The notes below the pieces were generated by a model. It had not been told where the DNA came from. It was given only the letters and a program-made list of their open reading frames with translations, and did not search any database. A stretch of DNA of 59,896 nucleotides, counting the filler. It is 5 parts of 5 records of this genome, joined end to end, with 100 filler letters (N's around TTAATTAATTAA, not from the genome) between each part and the next. Parts side by side here need not be neighbours in the genome. Positions count along the whole stretch, not along the records: positions 44,962 to 59,896 come from DRR723986_15170; 4 more parts are not named here. One strand, written 5' to 3'. The number at the start of each line of letters is the position of its first letter. Within the stretch, counting starts at the first letter, position 1. This document shows positions 45,510 through 55,962 of this stretch, piece by piece. A program made the position numbers and the translations under genes.

Positions 45510-47615
45510 ATGCAGGCCGACGAGTTAAGTAAACTGCGCCGAAAAGTTGAATACAGCCGCGGAGTACGCAAGCTGCAGGCACAGGCTGAACTGACCGAAA
45601 AGTTGGCGCGACACAATAACCGCGAAGGTGTTGAGATTGGCCTTGCCTCCGTAAAACGCGCACGTGCACTACTACAAAAAGCCGAAGAACGACAAACCAC
45701 AACTATTGAGTACCAGCGACTGCTGGCCTGCTGCCTGCGCTCCCTGGCCTACGTTTATACCTCAAGCCGGTCGTTTGCCGAAGCCACAATTCTGATGGAC
45801 GAAGCGATCGATTTGTTTAAGTCGATCGACGACATACGCGCACTCATCAAGTGCCATGACTTCCGCCACATGTTGCTGCGTGACCAGGACTTGTTTAATG
45901 AAGCACTCGTTGAACTCGAAACTTCTGTAGAATTGGGGCGCAGTATCAACTACCGTGCGCATGAGCCACTGGTACATGCTGCGCGGGGAGGATTGTACCG
46001 TTTAATGCAACGCCAGTCAGATGCTGTGACGGCAATTGACCAGGGCTTGACACTGGCGCGTGACCTGGACGACCGTTTAGCTGAGATAATTATTCTCGGC
46101 GGGCTGGCAGCTGTTAAAGCTGATATTGGTTTAATTGCTGAGGCGCTCGAACTTTATCGTCACGCCATTGCCTTACAACGCAAATACCAGTTGCTTGGAG
46201 TATGGAATCAAATTGCGCAGCTTAACTACTGTGCTATTTTGTGTTACCTTAAAGGCGAACTACCTGAAGCGATTGAATTGTTTAATGAGGCAGTTGAAAT
46301 ATTGCGTGTTGCCGGACTGGAGCGTGCCGAAGCTTTAATGCTGGCGACCAAGGCACGTTTGCACACAAGTCGCGCTGAATACATAGAAGCACTTACATGT
46401 TTGAGTCGTGCAGCCGAATTATACGAAAAAGTTAAACATACGAATGGTCTGGCCTGGTCCCTGGCTTTGAGCGGGGCGGTGTATGACTGCGCAGGGGAAT
46501 TGACCGCCGCACAGGAATACTTTAACAGAAGCTGTGAGTTGCTTGGCAGAGGTGTCCGCGAATCGGGCAATGCGGCAAATGTAACAACAAGTGTAATTGT
46601 TCTGGCGCAGCACCACTCAGATTGTTTAGACGCGCGTCACTTTATGCCTCAATTTGAAGAGCGCGTGGCCTCGCTAAAACCCAGCGAGGCCGATACGCTC
46701 AGTACGCAGAACCTCCTGACGCTGCAGGCACATGCTCACCTGCTGGAACACGATGGTCAGCTGGAACGTGCGCAGGCCCGCTATCAGGAAATACTACAGC
46801 ACAGTCGCACCTTGAAGCTGCAATACTTTGAATGCCACATACTGTTTTATTTGGCGCGTCTGTTAAACAACCAGGGGGTACATGCCGCGGCCTGGGTGCA
46901 TTGCGTCACTTCATTACAAATTGCACGGGAGCTACGGATACGAGGCCTGGAACTCCGCCTGTTAAAGTTAAGTCTGTGCTGTTGCAGAAATCTTCCAGAT
47001 CGTCTGGGGGAGCTGGAGCACTTGCAGCAGGAATATGACCGTGTCGCCGCCGAAGTACTGCCCCGGGAGACAATCCTGACACTAGAGTTGGAACATCAGA
47101 AAAGCCTTGGGCAGCGCCGGCAACTACGATATCAGGAACTGCAAACTGAGTACGAGGCAATCAAAAAAGAACGTGCCGCCGGGCAGCGTCTGCTCGAAAC
47201 CAAAGATGCGCACATTCAACATCTATCCGACCTTATTAAACAAACGTCCACAGCACTCAGCCACGATCCCAGTGAGAGTGATACGGCATACAGATTACGC
47301 GCCGAAAATTTGGGGCGACAGCTGACAGAGCAACATGCTGCGGGCGAGTGGACTGCTTTTGAGCAGGATGTGCACAGGCAGGATGAAGACTTCCTTGCGC
47401 GCCTGGCCCGCGCCTACCCAAATTTAACAGCCACGGAACGCAAAGTCTGTGCACTGATGCGTATGGATTACACAACCAAAGACCTGAGCCAGTTGCTGAA
47501 CATTCGTCCGCGCTCCGTACAGGCTTACCGGCATCGCATTCGCAAAAAACTGAAGATTTCTTCTGATGCAGATCTAAATGCATATATTCTTGAGATGTTG
47601 TATCCACCGGCATAA
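45510..47615 (+). CDS. TPR-repeat protein with C-terminal LuxR-type HTH
   Basis: Helical repeats; LTATERKVCALMR...SVQAYRHRIRKKL. Confidence 0.88.
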   Translation: MQADELSKLRRKVEYSRGVRKLQAQAELTEKLARHNNREGVEIGLASVKRARALLQKAEERQTTTIEYQRLLACCLRSLAYVYTSSRSFAEATILMDEAIDLFKSIDDIRALIKCHDFRHMLLRDQDLFNEALVELETSVELGRSINYRAHEPLVHAARGGLYRLMQRQSDAVTAIDQGLTLARDLDDRLAEIIILGGLAAVKADIGLIAEALELYRHAIALQRKYQLLGVWNQIAQLNYCAILCYLKGELPEAIELFNEAVEILRVAGLERAEALMLATKARLHTSRAEYIEALTCLSRAAELYEKVKHTNGLAWSLALSGAVYDCAGELTAAQEYFNRSCELLGRGVRESGNAANVTTSVIVLAQHHSDCLDARHFMPQFEERVASLKPSEADTLSTQNLLTLQAHAHLLEHDGQLERAQARYQEILQHSRTLKLQYFECHILFYLARLLNNQGVHAAAWVHCVTSLQIARELRIRGLELRLLKLSLCCCRNLPDRLGELEHLQQEYDRVAAEVLPRETILTLELEHQKSLGQRRQLRYQELQTEYEAIKKERAAGQRLLETKDAHIQHLSDLIKQTSTALSHDPSESDTAYRLRAENLGRQLTEQHAAGEWTAFEQDVHRQDEDFLARLARAYPNLTATERKVCALMRMDYTTKDLSQLLNIRPRSVQAYRHRIRKKLKISSDADLNAYILEMLYPPA

Positions 47616-47749
47616 TTACATCAGCGATGTAGGTGTCTAAGAGTTAACCGCCTTAACACGACGCCTGGAGCCGTCAAACGGCCAAATGATATCGCGCTAT
47701 TGGCAGTTGGGGACCGCGCGCAGTCAATAGGCATAAGCTTGCAGATGTT

Positions 47750-49393
47750 TTAGGCCTCAGCTTCTGCCAGCTTGGTCAAAAATGCGTTTAAATTTTGGCC
47801 GGTCGGCAAATTTAACTTTTGACGAATATGTTTGCGGTGAGTTTTAATAGTTTCAGGCGAAACGTACATGCTGCCCGCAATTTCCTTGCTGCGTAAGCTC
47901 ATTGAAATCAATACACAAATTCGCAATTCAGTTGGCGTAAGCTTGGACGTCTTTTGGCAGAGGAGTTTAATTAAGGCCTGATTATTACTGGTCAGTAAAC
48001 CGTCGATAGGAGCCAGCTCCTGACGGTCCGCCATAGCCTTGCGGATGAGTTTAATAGTGTTGCCGGCCAGGCGCCGCGCCGTTCCGCGTGTATGCGGCAA
48101 TTCCCGCTCCAGTTCGCTGTGGATAGTTTTAATAATATTGTTGCTGCGCGTTTGAGACTGGATCAGGCGCTCCATGAGTTGTTCCGAACTATTTTTGGCC
48201 TTGTCGTGGGTGAGCTTGTTATCCTTCAGGTTTGCCGAATGTTCACTGTGCAGAACACTCCGGTGGTCGGCAGCGACCTGAATTGCATCGTTAACAACTT
48301 TTGCCCGGCGCGTCTGGCGGATGACGGCGAGTTCCTCCTGGTATTCCAGCGCACTTTTGTGATCACCTTCGGCAGCAAAGATTCGCGCCAGCCCTTCAAA
48401 CACGCGTTCGCTGGCTTGCTGGTTAACCATCAATTTGGGCCGTTTAAGTGCTCGTAGAAACATTTCACGTGCTTCGTCATGCCTGCCGAGGAGCTCAAGA
48501 GTCTCCGCGCTCGTCGGCCAAGCCTCAGATAAGCCGTCTGCGTGGGTTTCGTCATCTTGCACAACCATGAGGCGCTGCAGGTAATCGCCCGCTTCCACCG
48601 CTTGGTTTAACTGTGCATGGCACCAACTCAAGCGTGCCAGGGTATATGCCTGAACTGGTGTGCCTGCATCGAATTTCTTTAGGTATTCAATCGAATGTTC
48701 AAGCTCATGAATCGCAAGTCCAAATTCTTGCTTCTGAATGAAGCAGCGGCCGATATGTGAGCTTGAGATTGACATTGAGACCAGATCATTGGCGCGTTCA
48801 GCGTAGCTTCTACTTTTGCGATAAAGTGTAATTGCCCGTTCGTGATCTTTAATGTCAAAATACAAAGTGGCCAGGTTTGTGTACACCTGACCGAGCCCCG
48901 ACCAATTCTCAATTCGTTCGAACAGCTCGATTGCGCGCTGCGAATGTTTAACCGCTTGCTCAATGTCGATCAAGGTGCCATATAACAGGCCCAGGCCGCA
49001 ATTCACTGCGGCTTCCATTCGGTGGTCTTCATGGACTTTGTATATAGAAAGGGCAGTACTTAAGCATTCGTATGCCTTTGTCAATTGTTGATAATCGATA
49101 TACATACTGCCCAGAAAATACAGGGAACTGGCCTCCTGCGATTCCAGCTTGTTCTGCCGGCTGACTTCAAGTGCCCGTTGGGCTAACTCAATGCGATCTT
49201 TAGGCTTGCCCTGCAAATGCAAAATATCGGATTTAAAAAGCAACGCGCGCACATGCCACTCAGGAAAGACGGTGTCACTTGTTAAGCTCAACATCCTCTC
49301 AATCAATTCATCACGCCGCTCTGAACCGCTAAAGTAGAGAATATTGGATTCTTCGTAGAGCGCGTTTAATTCCGCTTCGACCTTCTTGGACAT
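47750..49393 (-). CDS. TPR-repeat protein with C-terminal LuxR-type HTH
   Basis: LGQVYTNLATLY-type repeats; LTPTELRIC...SKEIA...TIKTHRKHIRQKL. Confidence 0.88.
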   Translation of the reverse strand: MSKKVEAELNALYEESNILYFSGSERRDELIERMLSLTSDTVFPEWHVRALLFKSDILHLQGKPKDRIELAQRALEVSRQNKLESQEASSLYFLGSMYIDYQQLTKAYECLSTALSIYKVHEDHRMEAAVNCGLGLLYGTLIDIEQAVKHSQRAIELFERIENWSGLGQVYTNLATLYFDIKDHERAITLYRKSRSYAERANDLVSMSISSSHIGRCFIQKQEFGLAIHELEHSIEYLKKFDAGTPVQAYTLARLSWCHAQLNQAVEAGDYLQRLMVVQDDETHADGLSEAWPTSAETLELLGRHDEAREMFLRALKRPKLMVNQQASERVFEGLARIFAAEGDHKSALEYQEELAVIRQTRRAKVVNDAIQVAADHRSVLHSEHSANLKDNKLTHDKAKNSSEQLMERLIQSQTRSNNIIKTIHSELERELPHTRGTARRLAGNTIKLIRKAMADRQELAPIDGLLTSNNQALIKLLCQKTSKLTPTELRICVLISMSLRSKEIAGSMYVSPETIKTHRKHIRQKLNLPTGQNLNAFLTKLAEAEA

Positions 49394-49734
49394 ATTCTCT
49401 CACTCCTCAGATAAACACATGTAGTGTAGGGTATTGTTAAGCTGTACTACTATAGCGCCGTTATTCGATTACAGTGCAGAAGCGCTGCCGGTCATCACCT
49501 GGGGGGAGTTTTGTGAAATTGGGGGTATCTGAGTCCAGGCTGCTGTATTCTCGTGTCTCTGAAAGCCTTGCTGTTGCATGTTAAGGCTATTAATGTGCAG
49601 TTGCATCTCTAAATGTATATATTCTGGAGGGAATGAACACGCGAAAGTACAAATGAGTCACAACTTTTTGAGTTCTACATTGGCAGAATGTAATAAAAAG
49701 AGAGTCACAAGTACAAGCCTGAAAGTACGGAGCT

Positions 49735-50021
49735 GCATGTGCCTGGCATCGTTGCCTGGCCTGCGCGAAAGTTTAGACGGCCTGACGGCCGAAGCCGGTG
49801 CGACCCATTTCTACGGGCACCTGGGCTACCTGATGTATCACAACAGTGCAGAATAATTCTACCCGATGATTGGTGACGCCGGCGGGATGAAGTAGCCGGA
49901 TCTGATCGCACACGCTGATCTTAGTCCCGCGCAGCTTGTGCGGCAGCCGGGCAATGCTACTTCGCTATATAATGGCGGCCTGCGCTTTGACGTTTTCGCC
50001 AACGTTGACTGGTCCGGGTAA
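49735..50021 (+). pseudogene. Possible decayed gene fragment
   Basis: One frame with G/C-ending codons interrupted by an in-frame TAA (49854) and TAG. Confidence 0.3.
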
Positions 50022-50322
50022 GGTCGCGATATTCAGGGTGGGCCGGATTTTACAATGAATACATGGAATATTGACCTCTCCTTCGGCAACTTTTTCAATT
50101 GTGACGTCTCAAGGCAGTAAGCGTCTGCATCCTAAGGCCAAGTCGGGTATTGTAGCTATGGTATACTCAAAGCGACCACACATGAATTTTTGAGTTGTAT
50201 TGCGTGTGACAGTGTTGCTAATCATGCTATCTTGTACCTGATGCTGAGTGGTTACCACATTGGCATCTTTTGCGCGACTAATTGAGCCCGGCAAGCAAAT
50301 ATTACCCAATCTCAATAACACT

Positions 50323-51915
50323 ATGCAAAAACACTACAATTTTTCTGTCCTCCTGGCCTTTGCTGTTCTGGCATCGACGATCCAACCTGCCATTGCCGCC
50401 GACCCAACTTACAGTCAGGATATCGCGCCGATCATCTTCGAAAATTGTGTTACCTGCCACCGTCCCGGTGAAATTGGCCCCTTTGAACTGCTGACCTATG
50501 AAGACGCCGCCAACCGTGCCCAGATGATCAAGGCCGTGACGCAGTCGCGTTACATGCCGCCCTGGAAAGCTGAACCCGGATATGGCGAGTTTGCCTATAA
50601 CACCAGCCTGACGCAGGCCGAAATCGACCTGATAGCAGAGTGGGTCGATGCCGGAATGCCACCGGGAGATCCTGCACTCACTCCCGAAGTACCGACCTTT
50701 TTTGATGGCTCACAGCTGGGTGTGCCCGACCTGGTGCTCTCGATGGAACAGGCCTGGGAAATCAAGGACAACTACCAGGATGCATATCGCAACTTTGTGC
50801 TGCCGACGGAGCTGACCGAGGACCGAGTAATTGCGGCCATCGAATTTCGCCCGGGGAATGCCAAAGTTGTACATCATGCAATTGTATATGTGGACGAAAC
50901 CGGTGGCGCACGCGCACGTGATGCCGCCGATCCGGGTTATGGATACTCCAATTTTGGTGGGCCTGGGGTTGACGACGCCAAATTCTTTGATGGTTATGTC
51001 CCCGGCCGTAAAGTTGACTTTTTTCCGCAGGGCATGGGCATGATCCTCCCGGCGGGAAGTGACCTGATTCTCAACCTACATTATGCTCCATCGGTAACCG
51101 AAGAAACCGATCAGTCCTATGTTAACATCTTTTTTGCCGACGAAAGCCCGCAGACTACACGCCAGGTCTATCAGGAATTTGTGATGTCGCCCATCATGAT
51201 TGAAGATGGTCCCTTCTTTATTCCCGCCAACCAGGTCCGCTCATTTACGGGGCGTTTAACACTGCCAATTTCTGTTTCCGTTATGGCACTGGCGCCGCAC
51301 CAGCATTTGCTGGGACGTTCGGCCAAAGCTTTTGCAATTAAACCGAATGGTGACACGATCCCGATGGTCTCGATTCCGGACTGGGACTTTAACTGGCAGG
51401 GTACGTATCGATTCAAAAAGTTAATGCATGTTCCGGCAGGTAGCCAGTTGGTGTATCAGGCAACGTATGACAATACGGTTAACAATCCGGCTAACCCAAA
51501 CTCGCCGCCGCAGAACGCGCGTTGGGGTGAGAAAACTGGTGACGAAATGTTCCTGTGCTCATTCCAGTTTCTGGACTATCAACCCGGCGATGAGCTGATC
51601 TCTCTCGAAAGTGACGACGTGTCCACAGATGTATACGATGCGTATTTTGGCAATCCTCTGAATGTTAACTTAACACCTGCGCCGGCTTCCGGTCCGATGA
51701 ATCTGGCGTTTGACTTGCCTCAGAGTGCCAATGTCTCTGTAGAAATCAGCGATGTCCGTGGTTCTGTAGTTTTGCAGCCGCTGCTTAATCGCGCGTACGA
51801 TTCGGGCAGCCATGTTATTTCAATCGACGGTAATCAGCTTGCTCCCGGCACATATTACCTGCGCTTGCGTGCGGACGAATATTCGCATGGCACACGCATG
51901 ATAATTATTCGCTGA
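50323..51915 (+). CDS. Secreted cytochrome c plus copper type II monooxygenase-like protein with T9SS-like C-terminal domain
   Basis: Signal peptide, CVTCH, MPPW, VHH, LHY, PHQH, DEMF, C-terminal LAPGTYYLRL. Confidence 0.8.
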   Translation: MQKHYNFSVLLAFAVLASTIQPAIAADPTYSQDIAPIIFENCVTCHRPGEIGPFELLTYEDAANRAQMIKAVTQSRYMPPWKAEPGYGEFAYNTSLTQAEIDLIAEWVDAGMPPGDPALTPEVPTFFDGSQLGVPDLVLSMEQAWEIKDNYQDAYRNFVLPTELTEDRVIAAIEFRPGNAKVVHHAIVYVDETGGARARDAADPGYGYSNFGGPGVDDAKFFDGYVPGRKVDFFPQGMGMILPAGSDLILNLHYAPSVTEETDQSYVNIFFADESPQTTRQVYQEFVMSPIMIEDGPFFIPANQVRSFTGRLTLPISVSVMALAPHQHLLGRSAKAFAIKPNGDTIPMVSIPDWDFNWQGTYRFKKLMHVPAGSQLVYQATYDNTVNNPANPNSPPQNARWGEKTGDEMFLCSFQFLDYQPGDELISLESDDVSTDVYDAYFGNPLNVNLTPAPASGPMNLAFDLPQSANVSVEISDVRGSVVLQPLLNRAYDSGSHVISIDGNQLAPGTYYLRLRADEYSHGTRMIIIR

Positions 51916-51927
51916 GGGAGTTAAACC

Positions 51928-52548
51928 ATGTTTTCTAAGTATTTAACACTGCTAAGTTTTGGCCTGCTGCTGATTTGTGGCAGCGGGCATTCACCCGAGA
52001 CTCAGCTTCTGGCGGCTGAGGGACTGACTGCAGACGAAGTGCCTTTGGATTCCGGTCAGGATGTTTTACTCTCACCGGGCAACGAGGCTGAGGTTTATAT
52101 ATTTCTGGCTGAGGGCTGCCGTATTTCGCAGGATTACTCACCGGCTTTGCGTTCACTTCATGCTGAATTCACAAAACGTCATGTGAAGTTTTTCGGCATT
52201 TTTCCGAATGCACATTCTAGCGATTCCAGCATTGCGGCCTACAAGTTAAAATACAAGATTCCCTTTGAGTTGCACCACGATGTTAAGCAGTCCTTAACCA
52301 AAAAGCTGGCGGCGCGGATTACACCGGAGGCAATCGTTACGTTGTCCGACGGCACGGTGGTGTATCGCGGGCGGATCAACGACCTGTTTTACGCATTGGG
52401 CCGCAAACGCACGAATATTCAAAATCACGACTTGCGTGAAGCTCTTATCGATCTGGTGGCCGGCAGACTTCCCGAAATCGCCGAAACCAAGGCGATTGGT
52501 TGTTTAATTGAGCGTCCCAAACAAGCTTCCACTGTTTTGGATAATTAA
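51928..52548 (+). CDS. Thioredoxin-fold redoxin (AhpC/TSA-like)
   Basis: FLAEGCRIS, ITPEA, YRGRIND, C-terminal AIGC. Confidence 0.82.
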   Translation: MFSKYLTLLSFGLLLICGSGHSPETQLLAAEGLTADEVPLDSGQDVLLSPGNEAEVYIFLAEGCRISQDYSPALRSLHAEFTKRHVKFFGIFPNAHSSDSSIAAYKLKYKIPFELHHDVKQSLTKKLAARITPEAIVTLSDGTVVYRGRINDLFYALGRKRTNIQNHDLREALIDLVAGRLPEIAETKAIGCLIERPKQASTVLDN

Positions 52549-52862
52549 GTTCCAGTATCCGGCTGCTGTACCGATTTGATGAAAAGGCTTGAGCGCTTCG
52601 CCCCCATCGTTGCACCCCTTTCACTTCAATCGGTGGCTTGCTGTTTCTTTTTGTTGGTCGCTGGGTGAAAATGTTAAATTCACTGCGTATGTGCCGAGAC
52701 ACCTAATACAGATAATTCAGCAGCTTTGTTTTTGTCGACCGGGCAAAAATGTATATTGCTGTTGCACATAGCTCAATCCCGACGTACTGCTCACAGGGAG
52801 GCTGTCGTAGCGCAAATCCAGTTAATGAGCACATGCTGGATCAGCGAAACCGGACCTTGAGT

Positions 52863-54935
52863 ATGATAGACGAAGCCATAGCCAAATCCCGCAAAAAAGT
52901 TGAGTACAGTCGCGGTCTGCGCAAGGTCCAGGCAGAGACCGAACTGGTTGAGAAGCTGGCCCTGGTTGACGGTACCGAGGCTCTGCAGATTGCCCGCGAC
53001 TCCGTTGTGCGGGCCCGGTCCACACTGGCCAAAACTCTTGAGCGAAATTCAGCTGAACGGCAGTATCAGGATGCGCTTGCGGGAGCACTACGCGCCTACG
53101 CTTATACATTAAAAATCGCGCGAGACCTGGATGCGGCGGAGCAGGTTCTAGGTGAAGCGACAGCGATCTATGAGAAGCTCAACGATGCCATTGAGCTAGT
53201 GCGTTGTTTGCAAGTCCTGAATTTGATTCAACGTGATCGCGGTGACACTCGTTCGGCACTCAGTACGCTTGACCGCGCGCTCGACGTTGACAAACAGGCG
53301 GGTGGCAACTCGGCTGCTGCATTGCAGTCGGCTCGTGCTGCTCTGCTCGGTCAGCTCGGCGAATTCGATTTGGCGCTCGAAGCATTTGAGTCTGGACTGT
53401 ATAGTGCTCGCGCCGGCGGAGATATCCTGGTTGAAGTGATAATACAGGGTGACCGCGCCAATTTGTTTAACGGACTACATAGATTTGATGAAGCCGCCGC
53501 AGGGTTTCAGGCAGCCGTCGAACTGGAACGTCAACATAGGATAGTAGGCGACTTAAACTTTATCGTATTACTGTTGAATTTCGCACGTCTGCAGCTGGAG
53601 ATGGGGCATTACGAGTCTGCTGTCAATCTGTGCACCGAAGGAGTTGGAGTTGCCGCAGCCGCGCATCTACACGAAGACGAAGTTAATTTACGTTTGATGC
53701 ACACATCAATTCTGGTGTACCGTGCAGAATATGTAGAAGCACTTAAACATGCAATGCGTGCATATGCGATCAGTCAAAAAATAGCCTATGGTACGGGCGA
53801 AGCGCGCTGTTTAGTATTTGTGGCAAAAATCTGTGCAACTGTAGGTGATCACAAAAGGGCGGAACGTTACTTCATTAAGAGTAATGAAATTTTGCAGAGC
53901 CTGCCACGGCTTTCCAACGTCGCGCAAATGGAACTTCTCGGAGCACTCTATACCGTGGCAGAAATGCGCTGCGAGGCCGTTAATCTCGATTGGGCGATAC
54001 CGCACTTCCAGGAAGCCTGGGAACGTTTTATGATCGGGCGTAACTCTACCAGGGCCACCGGGGTTGGCGTGGGCCTGTTGATGTTGTTTGAATTGCAGAA
54101 CAATAATGAGGCGATTGCCGAAATCTACCAGGATATACTTGCACAGCATAGTGCTACCACCAGTGTTTCTTCAAAAACACTAGGCTATTATTCGATTGGG
54201 GGATATGAACTACGGTTGGGTAAACTGGACGATGCGCGATGTTATCTGGAGAGTGGTCTTGCCATGGCCGTAAAATATAATATGCGTGATGTCCAGTTCC
54301 GTCTGCATAGTTTATTAGCCGAGTGTTATGCCGGTCTACGTGATTTCCGCCAGGCGTATGAACACAAGACGGCGGCAGACGCTATTGTTGCAGACACAAT
54401 CGATATCTCTTTAATTGGCGGCCTGGAGAGAGAGTTTGAAGAGGGGCAACTCCAAAACGAAAATGCGACTCTGAAGCAGATACGTGCTCAGGATGAAGTC
54501 CGGCTCAGCTCTCTGGAGCGATTAGCTGATGCTAAATCTACACGCATGGCGCATCTTAGTAGCCTTTTGGAAATTGTTAACCGCGAACTACACCGGCGCG
54601 ACAACGAAAGTCCGGAAGCGTTTGCACAACGTGCAGAACAGTTGCGCGCTGATATTCAGACCAAACTTGCTAATCAGAGTTGGGACGAAATTGAGCAGCA
54701 TGCGCAAACACAGTACGACGAGTTCCAGACGCGACTGCGTGAAGCCCATTCTGACTTAACACCTGGCGAATGCAGATTCTGTGGGCTTCTGCGTCTAAAC
54801 CACAGTACCGCGGATTTGTGCGCAATGCTAAATATTTCTACACGCTCCGTACAGGCCTACCGCTATCGCATTCGTAAGAAATTGAAGTTGCCAACGGGTG
54901 CCGATCTGCGCGAGTATTTGTTAACTGTTGAGTAA
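52863..54935 (+). CDS. TPR-LuxR regulator, paralog of 45510-47615
   Basis: Shared N-terminus KVEYSRGxRKxQAxxELxEKLA and C-terminal SVQAYRxRIRKKLK. Confidence 0.88.
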   Translation: MIDEAIAKSRKKVEYSRGLRKVQAETELVEKLALVDGTEALQIARDSVVRARSTLAKTLERNSAERQYQDALAGALRAYAYTLKIARDLDAAEQVLGEATAIYEKLNDAIELVRCLQVLNLIQRDRGDTRSALSTLDRALDVDKQAGGNSAAALQSARAALLGQLGEFDLALEAFESGLYSARAGGDILVEVIIQGDRANLFNGLHRFDEAAAGFQAAVELERQHRIVGDLNFIVLLLNFARLQLEMGHYESAVNLCTEGVGVAAAAHLHEDEVNLRLMHTSILVYRAEYVEALKHAMRAYAISQKIAYGTGEARCLVFVAKICATVGDHKRAERYFIKSNEILQSLPRLSNVAQMELLGALYTVAEMRCEAVNLDWAIPHFQEAWERFMIGRNSTRATGVGVGLLMLFELQNNNEAIAEIYQDILAQHSATTSVSSKTLGYYSIGGYELRLGKLDDARCYLESGLAMAVKYNMRDVQFRLHSLLAECYAGLRDFRQAYEHKTAADAIVADTIDISLIGGLEREFEEGQLQNENATLKQIRAQDEVRLSSLERLADAKSTRMAHLSSLLEIVNRELHRRDNESPEAFAQRAEQLRADIQTKLANQSWDEIEQHAQTQYDEFQTRLREAHSDLTPGECRFCGLLRLNHSTADLCAMLNISTRSVQAYRYRIRKKLKLPTGADLREYLLTVE

Positions 54936-54942
54936 GTGCCTT

Positions 54943-55728
54943 ATGCAACAATTTGAGCAAGTTATGCAGGCTGTTCAACGAGGGAAAGCGCTGGAGAATA
55001 ATCACGGTTTGTATGAGGCCGTGTTTGCAGCTCAGGGATTGACACATCATCGCTCACCTGCATTGTGGTATTGCACCGAACGTGTACCAATGTACTATTC
55101 AAACCTGGTGACGCGCAGTGCAAACTGGCGTCCAGACCCATCCTTTGAGAGGATTGCTACAATTGCCCAGGAAAACAGTTGGTCGAGCTGGTCAATCAAA
55201 GATAGTTATGACGTTTTGGATCTACGTGAGTTTGGCCTTGTGCGCCTCTTCCGCGCCAAATGGCTTTACCTGACGGCCTCCGACTTTCGATCCAGTGCGG
55301 AGCCACTGAGCAGTTGGGCCTGGGAGCCGGTCAGTACAGCTGAAGGGCATTTAGAGTGGTGCCAGGCGTGGGATCCCGATCCCGATGTAGGGCCGCAGAT
55401 TTTCAGCGATAAAATGTTAAATGATCCAGCCATAACTTTCTGCTTACTGCGAATTGAAGGTCAGGTAGTGGGCGGCTGTCTGCTAAACAGTACGGAAAAC
55501 GTTCTCGGAATATCAAATGTCTTTTATGCTGAGAGTCTGCATCAAAAGTATGATTGCAGTAAACTTGACTTTTGGTCGCGTATGATATTCTTTATCCAAA
55601 AGTCATTTGGTCCAATAGACCTGGTTGGATATGAGCAGCAGGACACTGTTAATCAAGCATGTAAGCTGGGATTTGTACCATGCGGCGACTTAAGTATATG
55701 GATCAGTGACAGCAGCAACAAGAGTTAA
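54943..55728 (+). CDS. Hypothetical protein, possibly GNAT-like fold
   Basis: Long ORF; IKDS, VLGISNVF, LVGYE, LGFxxxGxLxIW. Confidence 0.6.
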   Translation: MQQFEQVMQAVQRGKALENNHGLYEAVFAAQGLTHHRSPALWYCTERVPMYYSNLVTRSANWRPDPSFERIATIAQENSWSSWSIKDSYDVLDLREFGLVRLFRAKWLYLTASDFRSSAEPLSSWAWEPVSTAEGHLEWCQAWDPDPDVGPQIFSDKMLNDPAITFCLLRIEGQVVGGCLLNSTENVLGISNVFYAESLHQKYDCSKLDFWSRMIFFIQKSFGPIDLVGYEQQDTVNQACKLGFVPCGDLSIWISDSSNKS

Positions 55729-55871
55729 GTCGTTGCCGACTCAGTGGCAAGCAGTAAAACAAGTAAGCCCGAGTCCGCGAGAGGCGCAGCGCTCAAAAAG
55801 CAAGCCACAAACCGACCAGAGAGAGGGGCGGGGCGCTGCAATTCAGGGTAACCAGTCTGACTGGATTAGAA

Positions 55872-55903
55872 CGGCCCGATGACTTAAACAAAGCATCGGG
55901 CCG
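55872..55903. terminator. Hairpin between convergent genes
   Basis: CGGCCCGATG-12 nt-CATCGGGCCG; no T run. Confidence 0.4.
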
Positions 55904-55962
55904 AAATGCCGGTGAAATATCAGATGCACTCGCAGAATCAATGCACTGCCTATTTATGCAAT

